Positions 20,226 to 29,696 of a stretch of DNA of 64,000 bases are shown in pieces. Made by a program: the position numbers and the translations under genes. This stretch comes from a bacterium. Lineage in GTDB: Bacteria > UBA8248. The notes beneath the pieces were generated by a model. The model searched no databases. It was not told where the DNA came from and saw only the letters and a list, made by a program, of their open reading frames with translations. The stretch lies in contig CBDBBI010000010.1 of assembly GCA_965202625.1 (NCBI GenBank), positions 2,560,001-2,624,000 on the forward strand. The letters are read 5' to 3'. Position 1 is the first letter of the stretch, and the number at the start of each line of letters is the position of its first letter.

Positions 20226-20978
20226 ATGAAGATTGACTTGAGTGGAAAAATTGCGCTGGTGACAGGAGGCGGCCGGGGCATCGGTCGCGCCTGCTGTGTG
20301 GGCCTTGCCGAGGCGGGAGCGTCCGTGGCGATCAACTACAGCCGCTCGGCGGAGGCCGCCGAGGAAGTGAGAGGAGAGATCGAAGCGGCGGGCGGCGAGG
20401 CGCGCGCCTACCGGGCCGACGTCTCCTCCTTTGACGCGGTGGGGGAGATGTTCGAGAAGGTGAAGGCGGATTTCGGCACGCTCGACATTCTGGTGAACAA
20501 CGCGGGCGTGGTTCACGATGCCTTGCTGCTCACGATGAAACCCGCCGGCTGGCGCAAGGTGATCGGCGTAAGTTTGGACGGCACCTATCACTGCACGAAA
20601 CTCGCCGGCGAGATCATGCTCAGGAAACGTTCTGGCAAGGTGATCACCATCTCCTCGGTCATGGCGATCTCGGGCGGGGGCGGCCAGACGAACTACGCCT
20701 CCGCCAAGGCGGGGCTGGTCGCCTTCACGCGCGCCTGCGCCGCCGAGATGGGAAAGCGCGGGATACAGTTCAACGCCGTCTTGCCGGGGATGATCGTCAC
20801 CGACATGAGCGAACGTGTGCGCGAGAAAGCGGGAGAGGCGATTCTGGCGCGCATTCCGGCGGGCCGCTTCGGCACGCCTGCGGACGTGGCCAGGCTCGTA
20901 TTGTTCTTGGCGTCTTCGGAATCGGATTACATCAATGGCCAGGCGATAGCCGTGGACGGCGGCATGCTCACTGGATGA
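20226..20978 (+). CDS. fabG: 3-oxoacyl-ACP reductase (FabG-like)
   Basis: TGGGRGIG, NNAG, NYASAK, PGMIVTDM. Confidence 0.9.
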   Translation: MKIDLSGKIALVTGGGRGIGRACCVGLAEAGASVAINYSRSAEAAEEVRGEIEAAGGEARAYRADVSSFDAVGEMFEKVKADFGTLDILVNNAGVVHDALLLTMKPAGWRKVIGVSLDGTYHCTKLAGEIMLRKRSGKVITISSVMAISGGGGQTNYASAKAGLVAFTRACAAEMGKRGIQFNAVLPGMIVTDMSERVREKAGEAILARIPAGRFGTPADVARLVLFLASSESDYINGQAIAVDGGMLTG

Positions 20979-20996
20979 GGACGGGGGTTTTGGCGA

Positions 20997-21413
20997 ATGC
21001 GCCTGTATCAGGGGGTGGATTTGGTAGAGGTGGCGCGCTTGCGAAAAGCCTGTGAGCGTCACGATGCGTTTCAGGAGGACGTATTCACTGAAGCCGAGCG
21101 CACCTATTGCGAGAAGCACCGAAATCCTTATCCCCATTTCGCCGCCCGCTTCGCGGCGAAAGAAGCCTGTCTCAAAGCCTTCGGCGTTGGTCTGTCAGGG
21201 CCTGACGGCCTGGGCGGAAGAGGTCGCCTGCGCGAGATCGAGGTGGAATCGGCGGCGTCGGGCAAGCCTGCGCTGCGGCTGCACGGCTCAATGGAGCGCA
21301 TGCGCGTGCGAAAGAGGATCACCCAGTCCACCATTTCGATGAGCCATACTTTGGAGCTAGCTATGGCGCAGGTCATTCTCGTGGGAGATGGCGCGCCGGA
21401 GGGGTTGCGCTAG
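20997..21413 (+). CDS. acpS: holo-ACP synthase
   Basis: GVDLVEV, FAARFAAKEA.KA.G, SMSH. Confidence 0.92.
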   Translation: MRLYQGVDLVEVARLRKACERHDAFQEDVFTEAERTYCEKHRNPYPHFAARFAAKEACLKAFGVGLSGPDGLGGRGRLREIEVESAASGKPALRLHGSMERMRVRKRITQSTISMSHTLELAMAQVILVGDGAPEGLR

Positions 21414-21468
21414 AGGTGGTTTCGGCAACCCCGCCGCGCGAGGGGTGAGTGGGTCGGAGGAATCATTT

Positions 21469-21921
21469 TTGAGATATATGTTGGTGGACAGGGTGGCGGA
21501 GTGGAAGGCGGGAGAATCCATCCAGGGGGTGAAGAACATCACCATGAGCGAGGATTTTTTAGAGTTTCATTTTCCGCGGTTTCCCGTCATGCCGGGCGCG
21601 CTGATATTCGAGGGGTTGGTCCAGCTCGCTGGCTGGCTCGAGGCGGCCAGCTCGGATTTCACGAAATGGGTTCTTTTGGAGAGGGCCCGCAGTGTGAAAT
21701 ACTATGGATTCGCCTTTCCCGGAGATCAGGTTCTCCTGAGAGTGGAAGCGTGCGCGGAGGAGGGGGGATGGAAGGACTTCAAGGGTATGGCCGCCGTGGA
21801 GGGAGAGCGTCGGGTGGCCGTTGAGTTTAGCGGAAAGCTGGTGGCCCTCGCGGATTACGAGGACCCTGAGGAGCAACGCCATCACTTCCGCGTTCTCAGC
21901 CGAGAGATTCGGCTGGGTTAG
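21469..21921 (+). CDS. second FabZ-like dehydratase (start approximate)
   Basis: LVDRV, KNITMSE, HFPRFPVMPG..E, PGDQ. Confidence 0.85.
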   Translation: MRYMLVDRVAEWKAGESIQGVKNITMSEDFLEFHFPRFPVMPGALIFEGLVQLAGWLEAASSDFTKWVLLERARSVKYYGFAFPGDQVLLRVEACAEEGGWKDFKGMAAVEGERRVAVEFSGKLVALADYEDPEEQRHHFRVLSREIRLG

Positions 21922-21933
21922 GCGGAATGCGCG

Positions 21934-23232
21934 ATGGAAGGCAGAGAGGTTTGGATCACGGGGGTGGGGCTGCTCACCTCTCTGGGCGCGAGCGTGTCGG
22001 AGAACTGGAAGGCACTTTGCGCCGGCAGAAGCGGTGTCGCCTGTCATCGGGACGGAGAGTGCGCGTCCTTGCCGAATCATCTCTCCTATCACGGCAGGGT
22101 CGCCGGCTATGAAGACCCACCCGAGGTGCCGTCCGGGCTCGCGAGCCAGCGTAAATTCTTGAACAGAAGCTCCATCCTCGGGCTTCATGCGGCCAGGGAG
22201 GCGGCCTCTTGCGCTGGCCTCGATATGGGCGAGATTGCCCCGGAGCGAAAAGCCCTCTACGTGGGCTCCGGTGATTTCACGAAGATGGGCTATGAGGATT
22301 TCTACGCTCCCTTGAAGGAGACGGCCGGCGAAGCATGGAACTTTCCAAAAACGGAGGACCTCAACCAAGCGGTGCTCCACGGAGTGAGCCCCTTTTTTTT
22401 ACTCGAGGGCCTGTCCAACAATCTTTTTAGCTATCTCTCGGCCATTTATAAGTCCATGGGGCCAAACGGCAGTTTCTCTAGTCTCTCCTCTTGCGGGGCG
22501 CAGGCACTGGAAAACTGTGAGCGCGTGGTGCGCTCCGGAGAGGCCGACGTTGGTTTGGTCGTGGGCTGCGGGAGCTGGGCGCATCCTATGATGCTTTTGG
22601 AACTCGACGGTCTGGGCGTTCTCTCTCAGGCGAAGGAGGGTGCTGCGTCGTTTCGGCCGTTTGATAGGAGGCGCGATGGATTCTTCCCCGGCGAGGGGGG
22701 GGCCGCTCTGGTGATGGAGGCGGCCGAACGCGCCCGGGCGCGAGGCGCGCAACCCTTGGGCCGCGTCGTTGGAACGGCGAATTGTCAGGAATTCTCGCGG
22801 GAGCGTCACATTCCCGTTCCCAAGGGAGCGGTGGGCTTCTCCGTGGAATCCGCTATGGCTGAGGCGGGTCTTGGCCCTGACGCGCTTGCTTTCGTCCTTC
22901 TCCACGGAAGCGGGACGCCGAGAGGGGACGCGGGCGAGTTGTCCGCCTTGCTGGAATACCGGGACAAGGCGGAGACTTTGTGTCCTCTCGCCGGTTGGAA
23001 GCCCTACACGGGGCACATGGGTTCGGCCAGTGATTTGGGAGAAATCATTCTGGGGTTGTCCGCCCTGAGAGAGGGCCGTCTTCCTCCCACGCCGGGCCTT
23101 GAGCGCAAAGACGATGCTTTCGCCGCTCTTTGTATTCCTGATGAGGAGTGCTCCGTCGTCGGAAGCGCGTTTTTGTCCTTGAGCCACGGCATCGGCGGGC
23201 AATCCTCCGCTACCGTCGTCGTAGCGCGGTGA
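21934..23232 (+). CDS. ketosynthase-like protein, catalytic Cys position apparently Ser (CLF-like)
   Basis: WITGVG, RPFDRRRDG..GEG, LHGSGT, YTGH, HGIGG; active-site loop SLSSCGAQA versus canonical SACAAGAQA. Confidence 0.8.
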   Translation: MEGREVWITGVGLLTSLGASVSENWKALCAGRSGVACHRDGECASLPNHLSYHGRVAGYEDPPEVPSGLASQRKFLNRSSILGLHAAREAASCAGLDMGEIAPERKALYVGSGDFTKMGYEDFYAPLKETAGEAWNFPKTEDLNQAVLHGVSPFFLLEGLSNNLFSYLSAIYKSMGPNGSFSSLSSCGAQALENCERVVRSGEADVGLVVGCGSWAHPMMLLELDGLGVLSQAKEGAASFRPFDRRRDGFFPGEGGAALVMEAAERARARGAQPLGRVVGTANCQEFSRERHIPVPKGAVGFSVESAMAEAGLGPDALAFVLLHGSGTPRGDAGELSALLEYRDKAETLCPLAGWKPYTGHMGSASDLGEIILGLSALREGRLPPTPGLERKDDAFAALCIPDEECSVVGSAFLSLSHGIGGQSSATVVVAR

Positions 23233-24212
23233 ATAAGTCCACAAGGCGAAACAAGAGAAAGCGCAGCAAGGACAAGAGCGCGTTTCACCAGTGGGTGGAG
23301 TACGCCTTGGCCATCTCGCTGCTGAAACTGATTCGTCTGCTGCCTTATAGGGTTTGCCGAGCGATTTCCGTCGTAGGGGGAGAGATGATTTTTCGCCTCA
23401 TCCCGAGAAGAAGACGCATCGCGCGCGCCAATCTGCGCCTGGCGTTTCCCGATCTCGGCGAGGCGGAGCGTCTGATCCTGGCGAGGCGCAGTTGCCGTTC
23501 GTTCGTCCTCACGTGTCTGGAAGGAGCGAAATTTTTCGCCCGTTTCGAGCCGGAGCGGGCCAGAGCGATGCTGACAAATGCCGTCGACGGGGCGGAGGAA
23601 ATTTTGAAAAAAGTACGCGCTGCTCATGAAGGCGCACGCGGGTGCGTCTTCGTCACGCCGCATCTGGGAAACTGGGAATGCCTCGTCCATGCGGGCGCGC
23701 TGGCGGGCGTCCCGCTAACCATTCCCGTGAGGTCCCTGGACAATCGAAGGCTGGAGAGCGCGCTGCGCAAGATGCGCGCGGCTTCCGGACACGAGATCAT
23801 CTCTAAGAGGAACGCTTTTTTTCATCTGCGAGAGGCACTCCGCAAGGGCCGCTCGGTGGCGATTCTGGCGGATCAGAACGCGGGCGCAGAGGGAATCGCC
23901 GCGCCGTTTTTCGGCGAGCCGGCCAGTACGACGCCCGCCCCCGCCGCACTCGCGATTCTTTACGACCGCCCCATCGTTTTGGTCGCGTGTCTGAGAGGGG
24001 AAGGCGATGGCCGGCGCTACGAAGCCTTTTTGAGCGAGCCGATAACGCCCGACGTGGGCGCGCGAAGCGCGAAGGAGGAGATCGCAAGGCTCACGACGGC
24101 GGTGAACGAGGAGATGGAAAGCATGATTCGCAAAGGACCGGACCAGTATCTATGGCTTCATGATAGATGGAAGATCGCCAAGGGTGGCGGGCCGGCTCAC
24201 GAGGCGGGCTGA
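23229..24212 (+). CDS. LpxL/HtrB-family (lipid A late) acyltransferase
   Basis: NLRLAFP, HLGNWE, LADQ, PFFG, PDQYLWLHDRWK; GTGA overlap with upstream KS-like gene. Confidence 0.9.
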   Translation: MNKSTRRNKRKRSKDKSAFHQWVEYALAISLLKLIRLLPYRVCRAISVVGGEMIFRLIPRRRRIARANLRLAFPDLGEAERLILARRSCRSFVLTCLEGAKFFARFEPERARAMLTNAVDGAEEILKKVRAAHEGARGCVFVTPHLGNWECLVHAGALAGVPLTIPVRSLDNRRLESALRKMRAASGHEIISKRNAFFHLREALRKGRSVAILADQNAGAEGIAAPFFGEPASTTPAPAALAILYDRPIVLVACLRGEGDGRRYEAFLSEPITPDVGARSAKEEIARLTTAVNEEMESMIRKGPDQYLWLHDRWKIAKGGGPAHEAG

Positions 24213-24604
24213 GGGGAGGACGCGGATTTTTTCAGGCGCGCGAGGAAGGGGACGCCCAGTTTGTCGAGTTTCGCCTCGAGTTTTTTCGTGCAGTCGCAAT
24301 CGCCGCAAACGGGATATCCCTCGCAATCCTCAGGCTTTCGGGCAAAGCGCACGTCGATCTGCTCGAAATACGCCTCCCAGTAAGGCAATTCCTCATATAG
24401 CTCATAGCCCGGTCCGAACGCCTCTCGGCAGTAGCAGACCTCAACCCAGCGCGTCTCGCCCTGCTCCGTGAGCCTCGCCTCTTTCATGCACTTCAAGAAG
24501 GTTTCGTGCGCGATGGAGCCGCGCCCGAGGGCGCCGGATTCGATGGCTTCGAGCAGAGCCGCGCTTTTGCCCTCAATCACTTTCCCCCGCACGAGGTATC
24601 GCAT
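24197..24604 (-). CDS. conserved hypothetical Cys-rich protein
   Basis: GGGGAGAG RBS; WVEVCYC and CEGYPVCGDCDC motifs. Confidence 0.7.
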   Translation of the reverse strand: MRYLVRGKVIEGKSAALLEAIESGALGRGSIAHETFLKCMKEARLTEQGETRWVEVCYCREAFGPGYELYEELPYWEAYFEQIDVRFARKPEDCEGYPVCGDCDCTKKLEAKLDKLGVPFLARLKKSASSPQPAS

Positions 24605-24742
24605 CGCTCTCCCCCTTAGTTTCTATAGACGCAGCATTTAATTATAACATAACCTTCATCGTTCATGTATATGATGGGGGGACGCGGCTTCGCCTGCCCG
24701 CGCCCTTGGAGTGGAGACGAACCCGTGAGCCTAGGAGCCGGC

Positions 24743-26203
24743 ATGGACAAATCGATCAACATCGTCATGGTGGCGAGCGAAATGTTCCCCTTTGCGAAGT
24801 CGGGCGGACTGGGGGACGTCATCGGCGCGCTGCCGCTGGCGCTGCGGCGGATGGGGCATGAAGTTTCCGTTTATCTGCCCGCCTACCGCGCCGTTCTTCG
24901 CGAATATGACCCGCGAGCCTCCTTTCAGGTTGCGGACGTCTTCACCAACGCGCGCTATGAGATATTCTCGCTCGAACGCGAGGGCGTTCTCGTGCACCTC
25001 GTTGCCGCTGACGGCTTGTTCGACCGCGATGGCTTTTACGGGGATGCGCGCGGGGCCTTTCCCGACAACGCGGAGCGTTTCGCCCGCTTCACCCGAGGCG
25101 CGCTCTCCCACATGGAGGAGGGAGGGACGCATCCTCTCCTCATCCATTGCCACGACTGGCAAGCCGCTCTGATACCGCCTTTGCTGAGGTGGCGACGCGC
25201 GGACCATGGGGCGTGGGGGGGAACCTCTACCGTCTTCACAATTCACAATCTCGCGTATCAGGGGCGGTTTCAAAAAGAGGATTTCGCGCATACCTGCCTG
25301 CCCGACGAAGCGATGGCTGTTGAGGGATTGGAGTTTCACGGCGACGTGAATTTCCTGAAGGGCGGCATTTTGTTCAGCGACGTCTTCTCGACCGTGAGCG
25401 AGAGGTATGCGCGGGAGATTCAGACGAAAGAGCAGGGAGAGGGGCTGGAGGGCGTGGTCGCTCTAAGATTATCCGCGCTGTTCGGAATCATGAACGGCAT
25501 TGACGACGCGGTATGGAACCCGGAGAGCGACGTTTGGATTCCGGCACCGTTCTCGATCGCGTGCCTGGAGGGAAAGGCGAGGTGTCAAGCGGCGTTGAGG
25601 GCGGAGTTAGGACTCGATGCGCGTGGGGACGGACCTTTGTGCGTCGTCGTCTCGCGGCTGGCCTCCCAGAAGGGGATCGACCTTCTGCTCGATACCATGG
25701 ACGAGTTGATGGAGCTGGGAATCAGCCTGGGTGTTTTGGGCACCGGCGAGAGAGAGCTGGAGGAGTCCCTCGCCGAGGCGGCCGCGGCCAGGCGGGGCCG
25801 GGTGGCGTTCGTATCCGCCTATGACGAGGGACTCGCCCACCGCATGTACGCGGGCGGAGACGTCTTGCTCATGCCTTCTCGATATGAGCCTGCGGGTCTG
25901 AACCAGCTCTACGCCATGCGCTATGGCGCCCTGCCCTACGTGCGGCGAGTGGGCGGCCTTGCGGATTCCGTTTTCTCGTCTTCGCCCGTGCCTGACCCGC
26001 GCGCCGACACGGGCTTTCATTTCGATGCGTTCGCCCCGGCCGATTTTCTGGCTGGAATGGGGAGGGTTTGCCAGGCGTTTCAGAATCAAGGGCTTTGGCG
26101 TAGGATGATGCGCAACGCCATACAGAAGAACTTCGGCTGGCATGAGATCGCCCCCCGCTACGTTGAGCTATACGAGAGGGCGATGCGCGCGCCGGCAGTT
26201 TGA
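24743..26203 (+). CDS. glgA: glycogen synthase
   Basis: KSGGLGDV, HCHDWQ, TIHNLAYQG, SRLASQKG, MPSRYEP. Confidence 0.95.
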   Translation: MDKSINIVMVASEMFPFAKSGGLGDVIGALPLALRRMGHEVSVYLPAYRAVLREYDPRASFQVADVFTNARYEIFSLEREGVLVHLVAADGLFDRDGFYGDARGAFPDNAERFARFTRGALSHMEEGGTHPLLIHCHDWQAALIPPLLRWRRADHGAWGGTSTVFTIHNLAYQGRFQKEDFAHTCLPDEAMAVEGLEFHGDVNFLKGGILFSDVFSTVSERYAREIQTKEQGEGLEGVVALRLSALFGIMNGIDDAVWNPESDVWIPAPFSIACLEGKARCQAALRAELGLDARGDGPLCVVVSRLASQKGIDLLLDTMDELMELGISLGVLGTGERELEESLAEAAAARRGRVAFVSAYDEGLAHRMYAGGDVLLMPSRYEPAGLNQLYAMRYGALPYVRRVGGLADSVFSSSPVPDPRADTGFHFDAFAPADFLAGMGRVCQAFQNQGLWRRMMRNAIQKNFGWHEIAPRYVELYERAMRAPAV

Positions 26204-26219
26204 GAGACGAGGAGGACGA

Positions 26220-27452
26220 ATGGTGGATCCGCATGGTTCTCGGGTCATATCCTTCGTCATGGCGGGCGGCGCCGGAAGCAGGCTGCACCCCCTGACGGTC
26301 GCCCGCGGCAAGCCCGCCGTTCCTTTCGGGTCGAAATACCGGATCATTGATTTCGTGCTGAGCAACTTGGTGAACTCAGGCTATCAGTCCATTTATGTGC
26401 TGGTGCAGTACCTGGCCCAATCCCTGATCGATCATCTGCGGCGTTCCTGGAACATCAGCGGATCGCTGGATCGCAACTTCGTGACCGCCGTTCCGCCGCA
26501 GGGACGCTCCGGAGAGTTCTGGTTCAAGGGAACGGCCGACTCCATTCATCAGAACAGAAACTTGGTGACGGACCACGCGCCCGACATCGTGCTGGTGTTC
26601 GGGGCGGATCACATCTACCGCATGGATGTAAGACAGATGGTTCGCTTCCATCTCGAGCGCGGGGCGGACGCGACGATATCGGCCCTGCCCGCGCCGCTCG
26701 ATGAGGCGTGCGGCTTCGGGGTGCTCGCAGTGGACGAGGAGGGACGGGTGGAGCGCTTCGATGAAAAGCCTCCACGCCCCCGGCCCATACCGGGCGACTC
26801 CTCACGCGCCCTTTGTTCCATGGGGAATTACGTATTCTCCGCCGGCGTGTTGATGGACGCGCTCATCAGCGACGCAGCGCGCGAGGGAGAGCACGATTTC
26901 GGGCGCACCATCATTCCCGCCTTGCTGGGTGAGCACAAGAAACTCTACGCCTATGATTTTTTCAAAAACGAGATTCCCGGCGTCAAGGTGAGCGAGGAGA
27001 GGGGCTACTGGCGCGATGTGGGAACGATCAAGACCTATTGGGAGACGCAGATGGATTTGCTCGGGGAGACGCCGCGCCTCGATCTGGGGAATCCCGACTG
27101 GCCGATACGCACCGGAGCCTATCCGGGGCCCGGTAGTCGCGTCGTGTCCACGCAGGTGGAAAGCGCCCTTATCGGCGAGGGGTGTCGGATCGTGGGCGCG
27201 CGGATTGAGCGCTCCGTCATCGGACGCGGCGTGATAATCGAAAAAGGGGCGGAAATCACGGATTCCATCGTTATGGACCACACCCACATCGGGGTCGGAG
27301 CGAAGCTGCGCAAGGCGATCGTGGATCGATTCAATCAGATCGAGGCGGGCGCTTGCGTCATGGATGCGAACGCCGACGCCCACCCCGGCGCCCTGTCCGA
27401 TCCTTCCGGAGTCATCGTCTTGCCGCGCGGCTTCACCCGCCCTGTCATATAG
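26220..27452 (+). CDS. glgC: glucose-1-phosphate adenylyltransferase
   Basis: MAGGAGSRL.PLT..KPAVPFG, GTADS, DHIY, FDEKP, SMGNY, YWRDVGT. Confidence 0.95.
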   Translation: MVDPHGSRVISFVMAGGAGSRLHPLTVARGKPAVPFGSKYRIIDFVLSNLVNSGYQSIYVLVQYLAQSLIDHLRRSWNISGSLDRNFVTAVPPQGRSGEFWFKGTADSIHQNRNLVTDHAPDIVLVFGADHIYRMDVRQMVRFHLERGADATISALPAPLDEACGFGVLAVDEEGRVERFDEKPPRPRPIPGDSSRALCSMGNYVFSAGVLMDALISDAAREGEHDFGRTIIPALLGEHKKLYAYDFFKNEIPGVKVSEERGYWRDVGTIKTYWETQMDLLGETPRLDLGNPDWPIRTGAYPGPGSRVVSTQVESALIGEGCRIVGARIERSVIGRGVIIEKGAEITDSIVMDHTHIGVGAKLRKAIVDRFNQIEAGACVMDANADAHPGALSDPSGVIVLPRGFTRPVI

Positions 27453-27462
27453 GATACGTCTC

Positions 27463-28950
27463 ATGCGCCTGGCGGACGTTCGGACGCGCGCGGAGGATTT
27501 TCTCGTCGAATTCCGAAAGGATGGCTACGAAGTCGGTGCGGGTCTGAGGGCAGAGACCCGCCTCGGCGAGATACTCTTCAAATACGCCGATCTCTTCACG
27601 CGCGAGAACGTAGAGGCTCTCCACTCTCTCTCGGACTTTGAGGATGGGGAGGAAGAATCCGCGCGTCTCTGCGCGCTCCTTGGTTTTTTGGCCTTTGGCA
27701 CGATACGCGGAGCGAGCAGGGAATGGAGCGAGCATGCGCTTCGCTTCGAGATGCGAACCATGGTGAGGACGGCTGAGGGTACTTACATTCCCTATCGACA
27801 GAGTGCCGTCACGCTTTTGAACGAACCGCGCCGGGAGAGGCGGATTTTTCTGGAAAACGCCCGCTCGGAGGTTTTGGCGGAGAAGAACGGGTTTTTGGAG
27901 AAAATGCACCGCATTGCTCACGAGATGGCGGAGAGCCTGAATTTTGGCGGCTACCTGGGGATGATGGCGAGACTCAAGCCCTATCCGCTTCTGCCGATTC
28001 GTGAGGAGATGCGCCGGTTTCTCGCGCGGACGGAGATGCTTTACGGAGAGGCGATGGAAGAGGCGATGAGAGGGACGGGCGTCCCCCCCGCATCCGCGCA
28101 TCGCCACGACGCCCTCCGTCTTTTCCGGGGCGTGGAGTTCGATCGCCTATTTCCGGCGGAGAAGATCGAACCCTCGGCGCGGCGGGTTTGCAGGGCGATG
28201 GGTCTCGACCTCTCGGCGCGAGGCAGGGTGTGCCTGGACTTTGCGGAGCGTCCTTTGAAGAGTCCACGCGCGTTTTGCGCCTCCGTGCGCGTGCCGCAGG
28301 AGGTCTATCTCGTCATCCGGCCCCGGGGCGGCCATGATGATTATCGCGCGTTCTGGCACGAGCTGGGCCATGCCCTGCACTTCGCCAACGTGGCGGCGGA
28401 CGCGGATTTCGAGTCGAGGCGCCTCGGCGACAACTCCGTGACCGAGGGTTTCGCCATGCTCTTCGATCATCTTTTGCTGAACCCGCTCTGGCTCGTCGAC
28501 GTCCTCGGCGGAGAGGAGCGCGACTACGCGGCGTTCTTGCGCCGCCACGCGCTTTTTGAGTTGTACATGTTGAGACGCTATGCGGCGAAAATAGATTATG
28601 AACTCACCCTTCATGAAGACGCGGAACTCTCGGGCAAGGACGTCGCGTATCGGAAGAAGCTGAGTGCGGCGACGGGAGTGGATTTTCCTGCAGTCGCCTA
28701 TCTCGACGACGTGGACCCGTTTTTCTATTGCGCGAATTATCTGCGGGCGTGGATGCTCCAGGCCCAGATGGCGGAGGTCTTGAAGACGAGGTTTGGGGAG
28801 AAGTGGTGGTGCGAGGCGGGGAGCGGCGGCTTTTTGATGGATTTGTGGAGGGAGGGACAACGCTTCGACGGCGACGCCCTCTCCCGGCGTCTCGGCTACC
28901 GGCGGCTCGCCACCGAGCCGCTGGAGGCGCAGATCAGAAGCTTGATGTGA
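27463..28950 (+). CDS. M3/gluzincin-like zinc metallopeptidase
   Basis: KSPRAFC, HELGH zincin motif, downstream TEGFA. Confidence 0.75.
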   Translation: MRLADVRTRAEDFLVEFRKDGYEVGAGLRAETRLGEILFKYADLFTRENVEALHSLSDFEDGEEESARLCALLGFLAFGTIRGASREWSEHALRFEMRTMVRTAEGTYIPYRQSAVTLLNEPRRERRIFLENARSEVLAEKNGFLEKMHRIAHEMAESLNFGGYLGMMARLKPYPLLPIREEMRRFLARTEMLYGEAMEEAMRGTGVPPASAHRHDALRLFRGVEFDRLFPAEKIEPSARRVCRAMGLDLSARGRVCLDFAERPLKSPRAFCASVRVPQEVYLVIRPRGGHDDYRAFWHELGHALHFANVAADADFESRRLGDNSVTEGFAMLFDHLLLNPLWLVDVLGGEERDYAAFLRRHALFELYMLRRYAAKIDYELTLHEDAELSGKDVAYRKKLSAATGVDFPAVAYLDDVDPFFYCANYLRAWMLQAQMAEVLKTRFGEKWWCEAGSGGFLMDLWREGQRFDGDALSRRLGYRRLATEPLEAQIRSLM

Positions 28951-28997
28951 CGCCGCGCGCCGAATGCAAAAGACGGCCTAGGGGGGAATCGCCCCGC

Positions 28998-29594
28998 TTA
29001 AAACGCCTTGGCTTCCTCTTCGCTGATTTTCTTCTCGCAGGCAGTGTTTGACGCAAGATGAAACTCCACTGCTGCGTATCCGCTTCTCGATACTGCTTGT
29101 GCGGCCACGACAAGCCTTATGACGTTTTCGACAGGACGGAATCCGTCTTTCGTCCGCCAGACGTAGGCGTAAAGTCTTTCGTTTTTTTCTATTGCTATCG
29201 TCCATTCATTTGCCTTATCCCAAATGGAGCCGGTTTTCAGAAAATCGTTTTTTTCCCCCGTCCCATATTTTTTGGCGAGTTGGCCGTGCAGTTCGTCGAT
29301 TTTGGATCGCAGGCTTGTGCCGTAAGAGTCATTCTGAATTGTCGCGCCAATTCCTTTGATGATGCAGATTCCGACGCCTTCAACGTATTGGAGCAAGTAA
29401 GTTTCAAATGCGCTGTGGGGGCGTGGGGCCGACGCACAATTCCACCAATAGCTGTTCTTTTTCATCTTTTTGCAGAACCCGTAAGTTTTGGGGTGTTTGC
29501 CGACGTCGAAACCGAAAGGCTCTCCGGCGAATGCTGGGTTCGCCGTTGCGAAAATCATCCAGGTCGTTATCCATCCCACAAGCAAGCGTTTCAT
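28998..29594 (-). CDS. secreted hypothetical protein (lower GC)
   Basis: AAGGAG RBS; signal peptide MKRLLVGW..PAFAG; PFG motif; APRPHSAF. Confidence 0.7.
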   Translation of the reverse strand: MKRLLVGWITTWMIFATANPAFAGEPFGFDVGKHPKTYGFCKKMKKNSYWWNCASAPRPHSAFETYLLQYVEGVGICIIKGIGATIQNDSYGTSLRSKIDELHGQLAKKYGTGEKNDFLKTGSIWDKANEWTIAIEKNERLYAYVWRTKDGFRPVENVIRLVVAAQAVSRSGYAAVEFHLASNTACEKKISEEEAKAF

Positions 29595-29696
29595 GGCGTT
29601 TGTTCTCCTTTGACAGACTGGGGGTCCGCGCCTCGCGCTTATCCGCCATTCGATAGCCACCAAAGCGGCAGATATATTTCTCCCGTTCTATCTCCT

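Noticed and set aside
14470-24212. Calling the cluster a ladderane or aryl polyene pathway
   Set aside because: No radical SAM, methyltransferase or aryl starter ligase in the cluster; only general similarity is supportable
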